Source: an uncultured Gammaproteobacteria bacterium (GTDB lineage: Bacteria; Patescibacteriota; Patescibacteriia; Patescibacteriales; UBA12075). From it: a DNA stretch of 64,000 nt. The stretch spans positions 91,529-155,528 of the forward strand of contig CAYWNT010000001.1 of NCBI GenBank assembly GCA_964459725.1, written 5' to 3'. How positions within the stretch are numbered: position 1 is the stretch's first letter; each line of letters starts with the position of its first letter. This document shows, in pieces, positions 1-11,400 of the stretch. Both the position numbers and the translations under genes were made by a program. The notes under the pieces are model-generated. The model was not told the origin of the DNA. It was given only the letters and a program-made list of their open reading frames with translations, and did not search any database.

Positions 1-700
1 GCTGGTAAATTATTTTTGTCAGAATACTCTTTGGCCAATTCTGGATGAGTTACGGTAAGATTGTTTTTTGTCGTTGCTGCCCTGCCAGAACATGCTGGAC
101 ATCCATATCCTGATCGCGACCTATTACAACCCGTAGCTTGCCATTCATGCTCGCATCCAGGCTTTGAGCATCTCCACCAAATCATTTTATTTGTACCAGC
201 TATAATCTTATTAACTGGCAGTTCGTTTTTAGATGAATATTCTTTTGCTAAATCAGGATGAGATATGGCAAGATTATTTTTCTTTGTTGCTACTCGTTTA
301 GCACAACCTGGGCAGCCTGTCCCATTTATTGCTCTATCATATCCTGAAGCCCGCCATTCATGTTCGCAATTAGGATCAGAACATTTCCACCAAAGTTTTT
401 CAAATGTCTTAGCTATTACTTTGTTGGGTTGCAATTTATTTTTGTCGGAATACTCTTTAGCCAATTCTGGATGAGTTACGGTAAGATTGTTCTTGCTTGT
501 TGCTACACGACCAGCGCAAGCTGGACAACCAGTACCACGGGAAACTCGCCTTTCTCCAGTAAATTGCCATTCATGCTCGCAATTAGGATCAGAACATTTC
601 CACCATAGCTTTTTTGCCGTACCAGCTATAACCTGATCAGCTGGCAACTCATTTTTTTCTGAATACTCCAGAGCTAAATGTGGAATATCAGAGATATAAA
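1..700 (-). repeat. Tandem ~213-nt (71-aa) coding repeats, more than 3 copies, each a zinc-ribbon unit
   Basis: 24-64 and 451-491 are near-identical (tactcttt[g/a]gccaattctggatgagttacggtaagattgtt). More diverged copies start near 247 and 673. Reverse-strand translation repeats HPELAKEYSDKN..L....VIAKTFEKLWWKCSDPNCEHEWRASGYDRAINGTGCPGCA, which resembles the DUF4379-type zinc ribbon (family assignment from memory). Confidence 0.7.
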
Positions 701-1913
701 CCTTGGTCTGTATCTTCCGTATAACTTCGAGTACATCAAGCTGGAGATCGGTAAAGTTGAAACTAAAGGCTTTGCCTGACACTTGCAGTTTTTCTTTGGT
801 TAGATCATAGAGATCTCCTGTTATCTTTTTGATTCTTTCACCTAGCTGTTGAACCATGGCGACTCTTTCGTAATTGGCTACAAAATCAAGAACTATGACA
901 TTTTCTTTGCCAAGTATTTTCCTTAACCCTCTGCCAAATTGCTGCAAGAATATTCGCTTGGAATCAGTAGAACGTAAGAATACTATTACCTCAGCGTTAG
1001 GCACATCAATGCCTTCGTTGAACTTGTCGACAGACAAGACACAGGTTAATTTACCATCCCTGAAGTCATTTAAGACTCTTCTGTTTGCCTTGTCAGAATT
1101 CTTAGAGTGACAAGTGCGTGAGCCAGGAATAAACTGGCTGAAATTCTCAGCATGATCAATGTTCTCGCAGAAGATAATAGTTTTCTTTTTGAATCCCGGG
1201 TTGTAGCTCTCAATTATGCTCGCCACTTCTTCATCGCGCTTGTCAATGAAAATAGTTTCATTAAGCTGCTTAATTGAAATCTTTTTACCTTTTTCAAGTA
1301 CATCCGCTACTATCTTCTTGAGTGCCTTGGTGTTTAAGTTATCTGATATAACATGATAGATGACATTAGTGAGCCAACCTCGGCCAATTGCTTCTTCCAG
1401 GGAATAGTCAATTACCTCATCTCCAAAGATGTCTCTGATATCTTTTTCATCCATCCTGTCCGGAGTGGCTGTAACACCTAGGAGATACTTCGGTTTGAAA
1501 TAATTAATTACCTTTTTGTAAGTTTTGGCCTGAGAGTGGTGTGATTCATCTACAATTAGAAAATCAAATTCATCTTTGAAAAACGCTTTTCTCCAGTCTT
1601 TGAATGTTTGAAATGAGGCAAAGAGCACATCTACTTCGCCATATTCCTTTTCTTTACCATGAAATACTCCAAATCTCCCTTCACCATTCATGACTTTTTT
1701 GAATTCAGCCATGTTTTGTTCCAGGATGAAGTTGTCATGACACAAAAACAGTCCTCGCATTCCCTTCTTTTCAATCAAGTATTTAGCCCAAAAAGCAGCT
1801 ACAATTGATTTACCAAGCCCGGTAGCCATAACTACCAAGGCTATGGAATGCGTATGGAACCATTTTACCAATGCCCCAAGTGCTACTTTTTGATAATCAA
1901 ATAATTTGACCAT
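1..1913 (-). CDS. SF2 (DExH) helicase with a ResIII/Helicase_C-type core, fused to a C-terminal array of zinc-ribbon repeats; 3' end lies beyond the window
   Basis: Absent from the ORF track because it runs off the window edge. The reverse strand is open from the ATG (complement of 1911-1913) down to base 1. My translation gives MVKLFDYQKVALGALVKWFHTHSIALVVMATGLGKS (motif I), DEFDFLIVDESHHSQ (DExH motif II), GVTATPDR (motif III) and FLQQFGRGLR (motif VI). Repeated CxxC zinc ribbons follow. Confidence 0.8.
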   Translation of the reverse strand, partial: MVKLFDYQKVALGALVKWFHTHSIALVVMATGLGKSIVAAFWAKYLIEKKGMRGLFLCHDNFILEQNMAEFKKVMNGEGRFGVFHGKEKEYGEVDVLFASFQTFKDWRKAFFKDEFDFLIVDESHHSQAKTYKKVINYFKPKYLLGVTATPDRMDEKDIRDIFGDEVIDYSLEEAIGRGWLTNVIYHVISDNLNTKALKKIVADVLEKGKKISIKQLNETIFIDKRDEEVASIIESYNPGFKKKTIIFCENIDHAENFSQFIPGSRTCHSKNSDKANRRVLNDFRDGKLTCVLSVDKFNEGIDVPNAEVIVFLRSTDSKRIFLQQFGRGLRKILGKENVIVLDFVANYERVAMVQQLGERIKKITGDLYDLTKEKLQVSGKAFSFNFTDLQLDVLEVIRKIQTKVYISDIPHLALEYSEKNELPADQVIAGTAKKLWWKCSDPNCEHEWQFTGERRVSRGTGCPACAGRVATSKNNLTVTHPELAKEYSDKNKLQPNKVIAKTFEKLWWKCSDPNCEHEWRASGYDRAINGTGCPGCAKRVATKKNNLAISHPDLAKEYSSKNELPVNKIIAGTNKMIWWRCSKPGCEHEWQATGCNRSRSGYGCPACSGRAATTKNNLTVTHPELAKEYSDKNNLP

Positions 1914-2143
1914 TGCCAAATCCCCCTATATTCTTTCTTGAAATAATCTTTCTTTGTTTTTAAATGAGCTTGTTTTGTAAAATACAAAACATTGCATCAA
2001 CAATATTGATTATGCTGATTGTTTATTATTAGCATTATTTATTGGTTTTGTCAAGTGATTTTGATGATTAAAATTCATTTTAAATTTCTTTACTTTTATC
2101 CACAAAAAATGTCATAATATGTCTGTTTTTTGTGTTTTTTTTA

Positions 2144-2152
2144 TGCTATAAT
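2144..2152 (+). promoter_or_regulatory. Candidate extended -10 promoter element (TGcTATAAT) for the giant gene
   Basis: tgctataat at 2144-2152 in the AT-rich divergent intergenic region. There is no good -35. It would give a ~250-nt 5' UTR. Confidence 0.35.
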
Positions 2153-2202
2153 ATTAGCAGTTGTTGATAACTTATCAATGACCTAACTTCGCCAAAGTTA
2201 GG

Positions 2203-2363
2203 GGATGTTGCTTAAATATTGTTGCGAGTGAAATTTTTTGAATTTTTCGTCATTTTGGCTTTAAAATTTTTGAGGCAATATGGTAATATTAGGGAAAAAA
2301 TTTTAAAGCCAAAATGGCAGAAATACTAAAATTTCAGCCGTGGCAATATTATAAGCAGCATCC
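2203..2363. repeat. ~160-nt imperfect inverted repeat (long hairpin) just upstream of the giant ORF
   Basis: The left arm is ggatgttgcttaaatattgttgcgagtgaaattttttgaatttttcgtcattttggctttaaaattttt. The reverse complement of the right arm is ggatgctgcttataatattgccacggctgaaattttagtatttctgccattttggctttaaaatttttt. The central loop lies at ~2271-2293. Confidence 0.65.
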
Positions 2364-2412
2364 TTACTAATTATTTTGTTTTTGATGGTGGGCTAGTTCC
2401 ACCATATTATAC

Positions 2413-5400
2413 ATGCTTGTCAGATTTTTAAACAAAAATAGAATCGCATGGGTTTTTTTGGTTTTATTTTTAATATTTTCCATTGTTTTTTCTGCTAATT
2501 TTAAGGAAAATATTGAAATAGTAGGTGCTTTTGAAACAGATAGAATCAATGTTTACCCAGGAGAATTCTCAATTGAGAAAGAAAGACAGATTCCAGAATG
2601 GAAAAATATAGATAATTCGTTTGTTCAGGATTTATCAGAGGTTGAACACATAAGTAAATTCGACCAAAATAATTCTGCAAATATCATTATTGGCTTAGAA
2701 TTGCCACCAGAAGATGAAGAGTCTGGTGGTGGCAGTTCTGAGTCTTTTTTTGATGAAGAAAATAGTGATAATCAAGAATCAGAAAGCAGCGAACAGACTG
2801 GAGATGAAGAAACCGCAACTACTTCAGTGGAGGGTGGTGAGATAGAGGACGAGGAAGATGTGGAAGTAAATATTTCTACCAGCACAAATGATTCTTCGGG
2901 GGAAGAAGAAATAGCAGATACAGATGTAGTTGAGGAGCCAGTTATCACTGAAGAAGCTCCAGAAGAGACTGTTGAAGAAGAGATTGGTTCATCCACTGAG
3001 GAAGCAGAAGAGGATAATGACGTTTCAGTTTTTGATAAGGCAATTAGAGGATTTAAGTCTGTTATTGGATATACTAAATCATATTTTAGGGATTTTAGAT
3101 CAGCTCTAGCGCAAGACGCTACCTCTACCGAAGAGAGTGAAAATAATTTTGAAGGAGAAGAAATTGTAGAGGAGGAAATAATTATAGTGGATGAATATTC
3201 AAGCACTACTACCACTCAAAATGTAACTGCTACCAGCTCTGCTGACCTCGATTTGGTCCTGGACGAGAATGAGGCCACCTCTACCGTGCTTAACGAGGAA
3301 GAGGGGCAAGAAGTTGGGCCAACTGAAAGTAGGAATGAGCAAAAACTCAGCTCTAGTATTATTTATTCTGATTTTGGTCTACCAGAGGATTATGAAGAAA
3401 AGGAAATCTCCAATGTTCAATTGAGAGTATCAATGGCGGCCATGAGTAATAAGCTAGGTGATGAATTGAATTTTGCCTTTAGGACTGATTCCGAAGGAGA
3501 GTGGCTGGATATTAGTAATTATGATATCTACACTCCAATTTCCAATTTAAATAATAGCGGTTATTACCTGATCGGCATGCCTATTTTTGAGGGATGGAAT
3601 GATATTGACGATCTCCAGGTTAGGGTGAGCTACAAAAGTGAAGACAGGGAGCAGCATAAGCAAAAAACTAGTATCTATGTTGATGCCATGTGGTTGGAAG
3701 TAGATTCAATTTTGCCTAATGAGGTGATTTTTGAAGAAGAGGAAGAAGACGCGGAGCTCTTGGAGCTTAAAAAGAGATTTTCACTTGATTTATTGTCTGA
3801 AAAATTGAGTTTTGAACCTGGCGAAAGTCCTAAGTTCAAATTTAAGTTCAAGGAAAACAGAGGATTAATTAGAAGAATTGGCGCAGGCATGATGAGTGTC
3901 GTTCGAGATGAGTACTCTGATATTGAGATAGTGGCACATTTAATGAGAGGGAAGGAAGAAGTTAGAAGCTTTGATTTGAGTACGAATTATTTAAATGATG
4001 GAGAGTTTGAGCTTGATTTTGGCTCTGAGATGCGAGAGTTTCAGCCCGGAGAATATAGGCTGGAAATAGAGATCAAGGAAAATAACCTAACCCTTGGTCG
4101 CATCTTAGACTTCTCGCAAGACTTTAGTTGGGGGGTACTGGCAATCAATCCAAACAAAACAATTTATAATCTAGGTGAAACTGCTTATCTGCAAATGGCA
4201 GTTTTGGATGATCTGGGGCACACTATTTGTAACGCTGATCTCTCTTTGGAAATAATAAGTCCTGACGGATCTGTAGTTACACAAACAACAGAAGGGGAAC
4301 TCGTTAGAAATCCAGAATGTGGACCTGATAATGTCATTGACACTCCTGATTATTATAGTTTCTACGAGACTGAAGAAGAGGGAGAGTACACCATGCGTCT
4401 GGTAGCGACTACTACTACTGGAACCAAAGAGATATCGGACAAGTTTGAAGTGAGAGCCAATGTTCCATTTGAAATAGAAAGAGTAGGGTCGACCAGAATT
4501 TACCCTTGGGCAAACTATGAAATGCGTTTTAATATCAAGGTGAATGAGGATTATCAAGGTGAGTTTGTCGAATATGTGCCTAGATCATTTATGTTTGTTT
4601 ACAGAGATGGGGCTCGGGAAATTATCAATGGGGACACTAAGGAGCTTCACTGGGATGTAGATTGGAAAGCAGGCGAGATTCATAGCCTTCGATATATATT
4701 TGATGCTCCAAATATTTCTCCGGAATTCTTCTTGTTAGGTCCTGCGTCTCTGCCAGCTTCCGGGTTTGAGGAGATTCGAAAATGGCAGATAGCAAGTGAC
4801 GCCGAAATTGACTATGTGATAGCTGAGGCTATTGGGATTGATGCTGGAACTACTGATACCGTGAACTGGACTGAGGCAGTCAATGCTGGAGCAGGGTCAT
4901 TTACAGGTGGAGACAAGTATTTTGTATATGTAACTGCCGGATTCCTTGGTTCAGCTACAGCTGTTAACACTGATTTTGAAGTAAGATACGGCGCAACTCC
5001 TCAGTACACCGGTCTAGTTGAGGCTCCTGGATCAAATAGTGATGATTTTCAGATCTCATGGTTTGATGTCTATGACCAGCCTGGATCACCAACTGATATC
5101 TCTGTTCACTATCGCACCAATTCAGGTCAGTCAAACGCTCTGCATGCCCAGGTAATAGCTATTAACTTGAGTGATTTAAATAGTAGTGACTGGAAGTACG
5201 CCAGCAATACAAGTCTGACTCAGCATACTACCGGCTTTGTTGATTTTGTAAATGTTACCTTAGATGCTGCAGACGGATCTAAGGATTGGCTAGTATTTGC
5301 CATGGAGGACGTGATTATAGATTCAGCCGGAGTAAATTATCAAGGTGAGATCTATGATGGATCAACTTCTTATATGGGGTATAGTATGGAGGGTGAAAAT

Positions 5401-8400
5401 ACTGCTGAACAGTTGCCTTATGTTTTGATGGCTCCGTTTGATGATGTGGCCCAAGATGCGGTATTTAGTTTTAGGGCAAGAGATGATGCAACCGGCATCA
5501 ATGATCATAATGGAAGTAAGATATTTGCTCTTAATTTAGATGCCTTTGAATCACATAAGACCTATTATGCGGACACTAATACTGCAATAGCGGCCAGTCC
5601 ATCATGGACTGAGATTGGTAACCTTAATTCTGGGGGAAATTATCAACCTTCTACCACGGGAAATCAGTTTATATTTGCTTCCTGGATTGATGATGCTGCT
5701 AGTGCTTCAGCCGGAACTAATGACAGATTGCAGGTGAATGGGTCTACAGTTCCAACAGGATGGGATTGGGCACAGGGTGGAGCAGTAAGTAGAACTACTC
5801 ATGATGGAAGTGATGAAAATTTATTCAACATCTCTGCTGTAGCCAGTATTCCTACCACAGGAAATCCAATTGATATGGACGCTACGGAAATTATCAGAAA
5901 TTCTCAAATTGCAGATGAGGTCAGTATGACTGTCTTCTCTACGGAGTTAGTTGGTCAGTTAGCCCCAACCGGGAATTTTAATTCAGTTGCTCAAAAAACA
6001 GATGGTTCAAAAATAGTTGATATTTCTATTGAGATAAATGATGCTAATTCAGATAACATAACGGCTAGGATAGACTATGCAACAGGCACTACTTGTAGTT
6101 TTGTCTCTCCCGGAGATCCTACCCTGGAAGAAGCAACTACTACAATCATAGAAGATTTTGGTGATGTTCATATTGATAATGAAAGCACTTATCAGGTCGG
6201 TACAACTAGTTATGAAATTATAACTACAAGCGGGTCAAATACGGTTAATTTTGACTGGAATGCATATTTAGATTTGCCAGGAATTGAGGGAAGTTATTGT
6301 GTGCAGTTAACCGCCAATGACGGAACAGTTGATCAGAGTCCGGTAGCTACTACAACTATTTATATAGACAATATAAACCCTACAGCTCCCGGGGTCTGGA
6401 CAGTTGAAAATATTTATTATGACGCTATAGAGTTTAATTTTGGTGCTACCTCAAGTGATACGAATTTTTCTGAGTATAGAATTTATTACAAGGAAGGTAC
6501 TTCCGGAGTAAGTCAGAGTGATAACTATTGGGGATCAAGTAATGATTCTAACTTAGGCTATGATGATTTCAATGGAGCAACTAGTACCCGAGTTGGCATA
6601 CTAAAGCCTGATACTGACTATGTATTTGCAGTTTACGGTGTAGATATTTATGGTAATGCTGCTAGCTCCTTAGAGCTTACTGTCAAAACTGGAACCGGTA
6701 GAGCTAATACCGTTGTTTTCCCAGCAGGAGTTTATTCAGCTGATGGCACTACTGGGCAAAATACGGATACTGATTATACATTTAATACTTTTAATTTTGA
6801 CTTAGTTGAGACTGGGGTAAAAATTGAAAATGCTTTTGTAATCTTCGAGGCGCAATTCGAAGCTTATGTAAATAACGCTAATCCTTATACTGGTTACTCA
6901 CTTTACTTTGATACTTGTGCAGAGCCTTGTACTGCTAATGCGGTTAGCGGAACGGATGCTGCTTCTACTACCGATACTACAACTTTGGCCAATAATGAAT
7001 CGGAGAGTAATCAAGGTAAGATGATTTTTGATGTAACTGAGGAGGCTCAAATGGCAAGTTACACTGGTGGTCAAATGGAGGCACAGGTCGGTTATAGAAT
7101 AAATAATGGTCTAACTGCTAACTCTATAAGTGCTGCCCGGGCCAGGTTGGTTGTTACCTATTCTTATCATCCTGATTCAGAGTCGCTGACCAAGACAGTT
7201 GTCTATCCGCTGGAGTCGACTGCAGCAGGGGATAGTGGTTCTAGACAGTCATCTCAGGCTATATGTACGGTTGATAATAATTGTCCTTTCTTTACTTACA
7301 ACATGGATATTCCGGAGTTTAGCTCTTCTCTTGCAGATTGGTTTAGCGTGACTGGTGTTAGGGATGGTAGTACTGATTCAAGGATTGACTTAAATATTGA
7401 AGGAAATGACAACCCAAGCTCAGTCTATGTCCATGAAGGAGCACTTGGAGGTCAGCAATCAACCTATCCAAATTTGATATTTGATGATACTCCAGGATTT
7501 ACTGAGAACACAGATCAAACATTAGAATATCATGTTTACACTGGAGGAACTACTTATTTGATGGGTGGAGAAGTTTATGATACTTATACGGCTTCAGCTA
7601 CAGCTCCAATTAAAACAAGAACTGTAGTTTTTCCTGTCGGAGTTTTGAATAACGGGATCACTACCGCCACATCTTCTGGAGGGGTAGATGTTTATTTCCC
7701 AGAAAACGGAACAACAAATGGGAATGTAGATATCAAGAGAGCTTGGTTCAGGGTTAAGACCAATAATAGAGTTGATGGCTCTCAGTACATGTATCTGAGA
7801 TCAAGAGTGGGAAGCACTGCCTCTTCATCAATGTATAGTTATAATTATAGTCCAGGAGGGTCAGTTATTAAGCCAGTCTTTGATATTTATCATGTGCTTG
7901 CTACTACCACATACAGCGAGCTAGATAACGCTAACGCCACAACTCCGGTAAAGGTAAATATTGATACTAGAAACAGTACGGTTAACAACGGAGGAACTTC
8001 AGTAGAGCTGGTGGTGACATACACTTACTCTTCAGAAGCTGAAGGATACCTAACATCACTTCTTGTAAATGGTGGACAAGTTGACAAGGAAACAAATACA
8101 GCTCTAGCTACTGGAACTACTGCTGCCTTAGTATTCCCTGAGGATGAAAGTAAGAGAACCTTGCTTGCTGCTGGCATGAATGCTAGTTACTTAATCAGCG
8201 ACGGAGATGGCGGGGTGCCGGTGGGTTATACCATAGATATTAATATGTCTACCACCACTCCAGTTTGTTCGGACATATTTGAGTCTCCAACTGATGGAAT
8301 CAATGCTTTTATTGAATACACCAAGGATGTAACAGCTGCGATCTCTAACGCTCACAATACAACTTATAACACTTGTTATTCTAATGACCAGGGCGGGGAT

Positions 8401-11400
8401 GTAAACTTCGGTGGAGCCAAGGTGAATAGCACGGTTTTATATACTTACATGTATTACACCCCTCAGATGGTAAAGATAATGAGTCAGGACCAGAGAAAAG
8501 CTGATGATACAACCAGTATTCCAAATAACACCTGGACAGATGAGTCTGAGGTGAATCTTCATGCCAGCGCCTTGGACGTAAATGGTGGAACTAGTACGGA
8601 CTTTTATTTTGAGCTTATTGGAGCAGGTGACCCTTTCACCTCTACAACTACTGAGCCGGCTTCTGCTTGTGCTGACGGTACTGGGTATGCGGCTTGTTCT
8701 GAAAAGATTTGGACAAAAAATATTACAAAAACAGGTCAAGCTTCTTGGTATGACTCTAATTGGTCATATCGCTTACCGATCACCATAAATGCCTCAGAAG
8801 TAGTATCACATGAGTCAAATTTCCCAGTCCTGGCTACAGGTACGATTTCTGCATTGGCTTACACCGGGTCAGGGGGTAAGGTAGCTAGCTCTAGTGGGGC
8901 AGATATTGTGATTACTGATTCAAGCGGGACTACAACCTTAGGTTATGAGAGAGCGCTGTATGATAGTGCCACCGGTGAGTTTAGATTTTGGGTAAATGCT
9001 GATATATCTTCCACTACAGATACGGTTTTATATTTATATTATGGAAATTCAAATATTTCAGAAGACATGGCCTCAACGACTCTTGCTTGGAATTCAGGCT
9101 ATGACCTGGTTTATCACTTGGAAGAAGCTCCAGCGCCAGATGGTATTCACTATGATTCTACTGCTAACTCCTATGATGCTAATTTTAGAGATGCTAATAG
9201 TAATTCTGATACTAATGTGTCAGGTGTTATTGGAGGAGCAGATCTATTTAATGGAGATGCTGACTACTTGGCAATTCAGGATATGACTTATACCGCAGCG
9301 GGCATACCTGAGGTAACGGTTGAAACTTGGATCAATACAACCGATGGAGCTGATCAGATGATCGCTTCTTTTGATAGAAATCAATTTTGGAGACTGGAAG
9401 TAAACGGTACAGCCGGAGGTATTGGAGAAATTGGATGGGGCATCATGACTAGTGGTGGTCAGCTTGATTTCAATAGTAACACCAGGGTGGATGATGGATT
9501 ATGGCATCATGTAGCAGCCACTTATGACAATGGCTCTGTAGCAGTTTATATTGATGGTCAATCTGTAAATACCACTTCTATAGGAGCTACTTATGGTACG
9601 GCTGCTACTCGATATGGATACTTCGGTGTTGGTTCAGAGTCAGCTACCTTTGACAGTACAAAGGGGCCAACTAGTTATGTTGATGGCTATTTGGACGAGC
9701 TTCGTATTTCAAATGTTTCCAGAAGCTCAGGCTGGATAGCAACACAGTACAAGAATCACACCGATGTTGACTCTTTGATGAGCTTTGGCAGTGAAGAAAC
9801 TGAGTATTTTGACGGTTCAGTAAATATCACATCCATCCCAGATTCAGCAACAGGTTATAAATGGCAGATTAAGGCATGTAATGATAGTGGTGATTGTAGT
9901 ATTTGGGACGACTTCAATGCTGCTCCAAATTTTATGGTAGATGCTACCGCACCTACTGCGCCTGGTAATTTAACCGACGGAGGAAAAACTTTTAGAACAA
10001 TTACTGTGAACTTTGGTGGTCAAACTACAGAGACAAATTTTGCAGAGTACAAGATATTTTATGCAACCAGCTCAAATGTAACAGAAGCTGATAGTGAGCA
10101 TGATGATGGAGACCTAGATTTTCAAAATTATAACACTACAAGTGACACAACCATAACTGATCTCCAGCCAGATACTGATTATTGGATAAATATTTGGGCC
10201 TATGACCTGGCTGGTAAGAAAGCAAGTGCTACCCCTGTTCAAATTACAACCAATGCTTCACCTCGAGCAAAAACTGTTATGTTCCCAGCCGGTATTTATA
10301 CAGGTGATGGCACAACAGGACAAAATACAGATACAGACTATTCATTTACTTCATTTGATTTCAGCTTAGCTGAGGCAGGAGTAAGTATTGAAAACGCTTA
10401 TGTTGTATTAGAAGCTCAGTTTGAGGCCTATACTGATAATGCAGGGAATTATGATGGTTACACTATTTACTTTGATACCGATTCAAGTAGTGCTGATGCC
10501 ATAAACAATGGAGTTCAAGTTAGTGATACTAACATACTTGCTTATAATGAAACTGAAAGTAATCAGGTTAGAATTTTAGCTGACGTAACAAGCGAGGCTC
10601 AACTTGCAGCTTATTCGGGAGGAAGTGAACTAAAAGCCCAAGTTGCTTACAATCTAAGCAAGGGCGGAGCAACTGAAAATTCAATTGCCAGCGCCAAGGC
10701 GAAATTGGTTGTTACTTATACCTATGACGTAACATCAGAGTCTGTGACCAATACGGTCGTCTATCCTTTGGAGTCTACTGCTTCAGGAGATCAAGGAACC
10801 AGAGCTAATGTACAGAGTGATGATTGTACCAAAGATTCTGATTGTCCAACATTTGATTACAATATGGATATCGTGGAATATTCAGCTTCTCCAAACTCTG
10901 AGAGACTAGCATCCTGGTTTGAGACTTTCAATCAGAGTGATAATAATAGGGCTAATGATGTTAGTGTGGATGTAAATATTGAAAGTGCCGGAGATGAGTT
11001 TGATAGTTATACATTTATCCACGAAGGAGCCTTGGATGATCAGGTGTCTCTACCTAATATTTATTTCAGCTCACTGGATAATTATGTAGAGAATACAGAT
11101 CAGACTCTAGAGTATTACGCCACTTCTCCTGGAAGCGCTTTTTATTACTTAGTTGGTGGAGAAGTATTTGAAACCTATACAGCTTCAAGTTCTGCTAGTA
11201 CGAAGACAAGAACAGTTCGACTTCCATTGGGAGTAATAAACAACGGACTCACCACAGCCACAACAAGTGGAGAGATTGATGTTTATTTCCCAGAAAACGG
11301 ATCGGCCACAGGCACGGTCGAGATTAAGAAAGCATGGTTTAGAGTGATATCAAATAACTATGCAAGTGCTGCTAATAATATTTCAATTTCGACCAAAATG

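Noticed and set aside
61-1110. Plus-strand ORFs 61-261, 265-474, 360-608 and 874-1110 in the track
   Set aside because: They lie antisense to the much longer minus-strand helicase ORF, which has clear SF2 motifs. Their translations are low-complexity mirror images of the zinc-ribbon repeats.
2096-2104. Perfect DnaA box TTATCCACA, possibly marking a replication origin
   Set aside because: I saw only one consensus box, no cluster of boxes, and no dnaA or dnaN nearby. A single 9-mer in AT-rich DNA is insufficient evidence.
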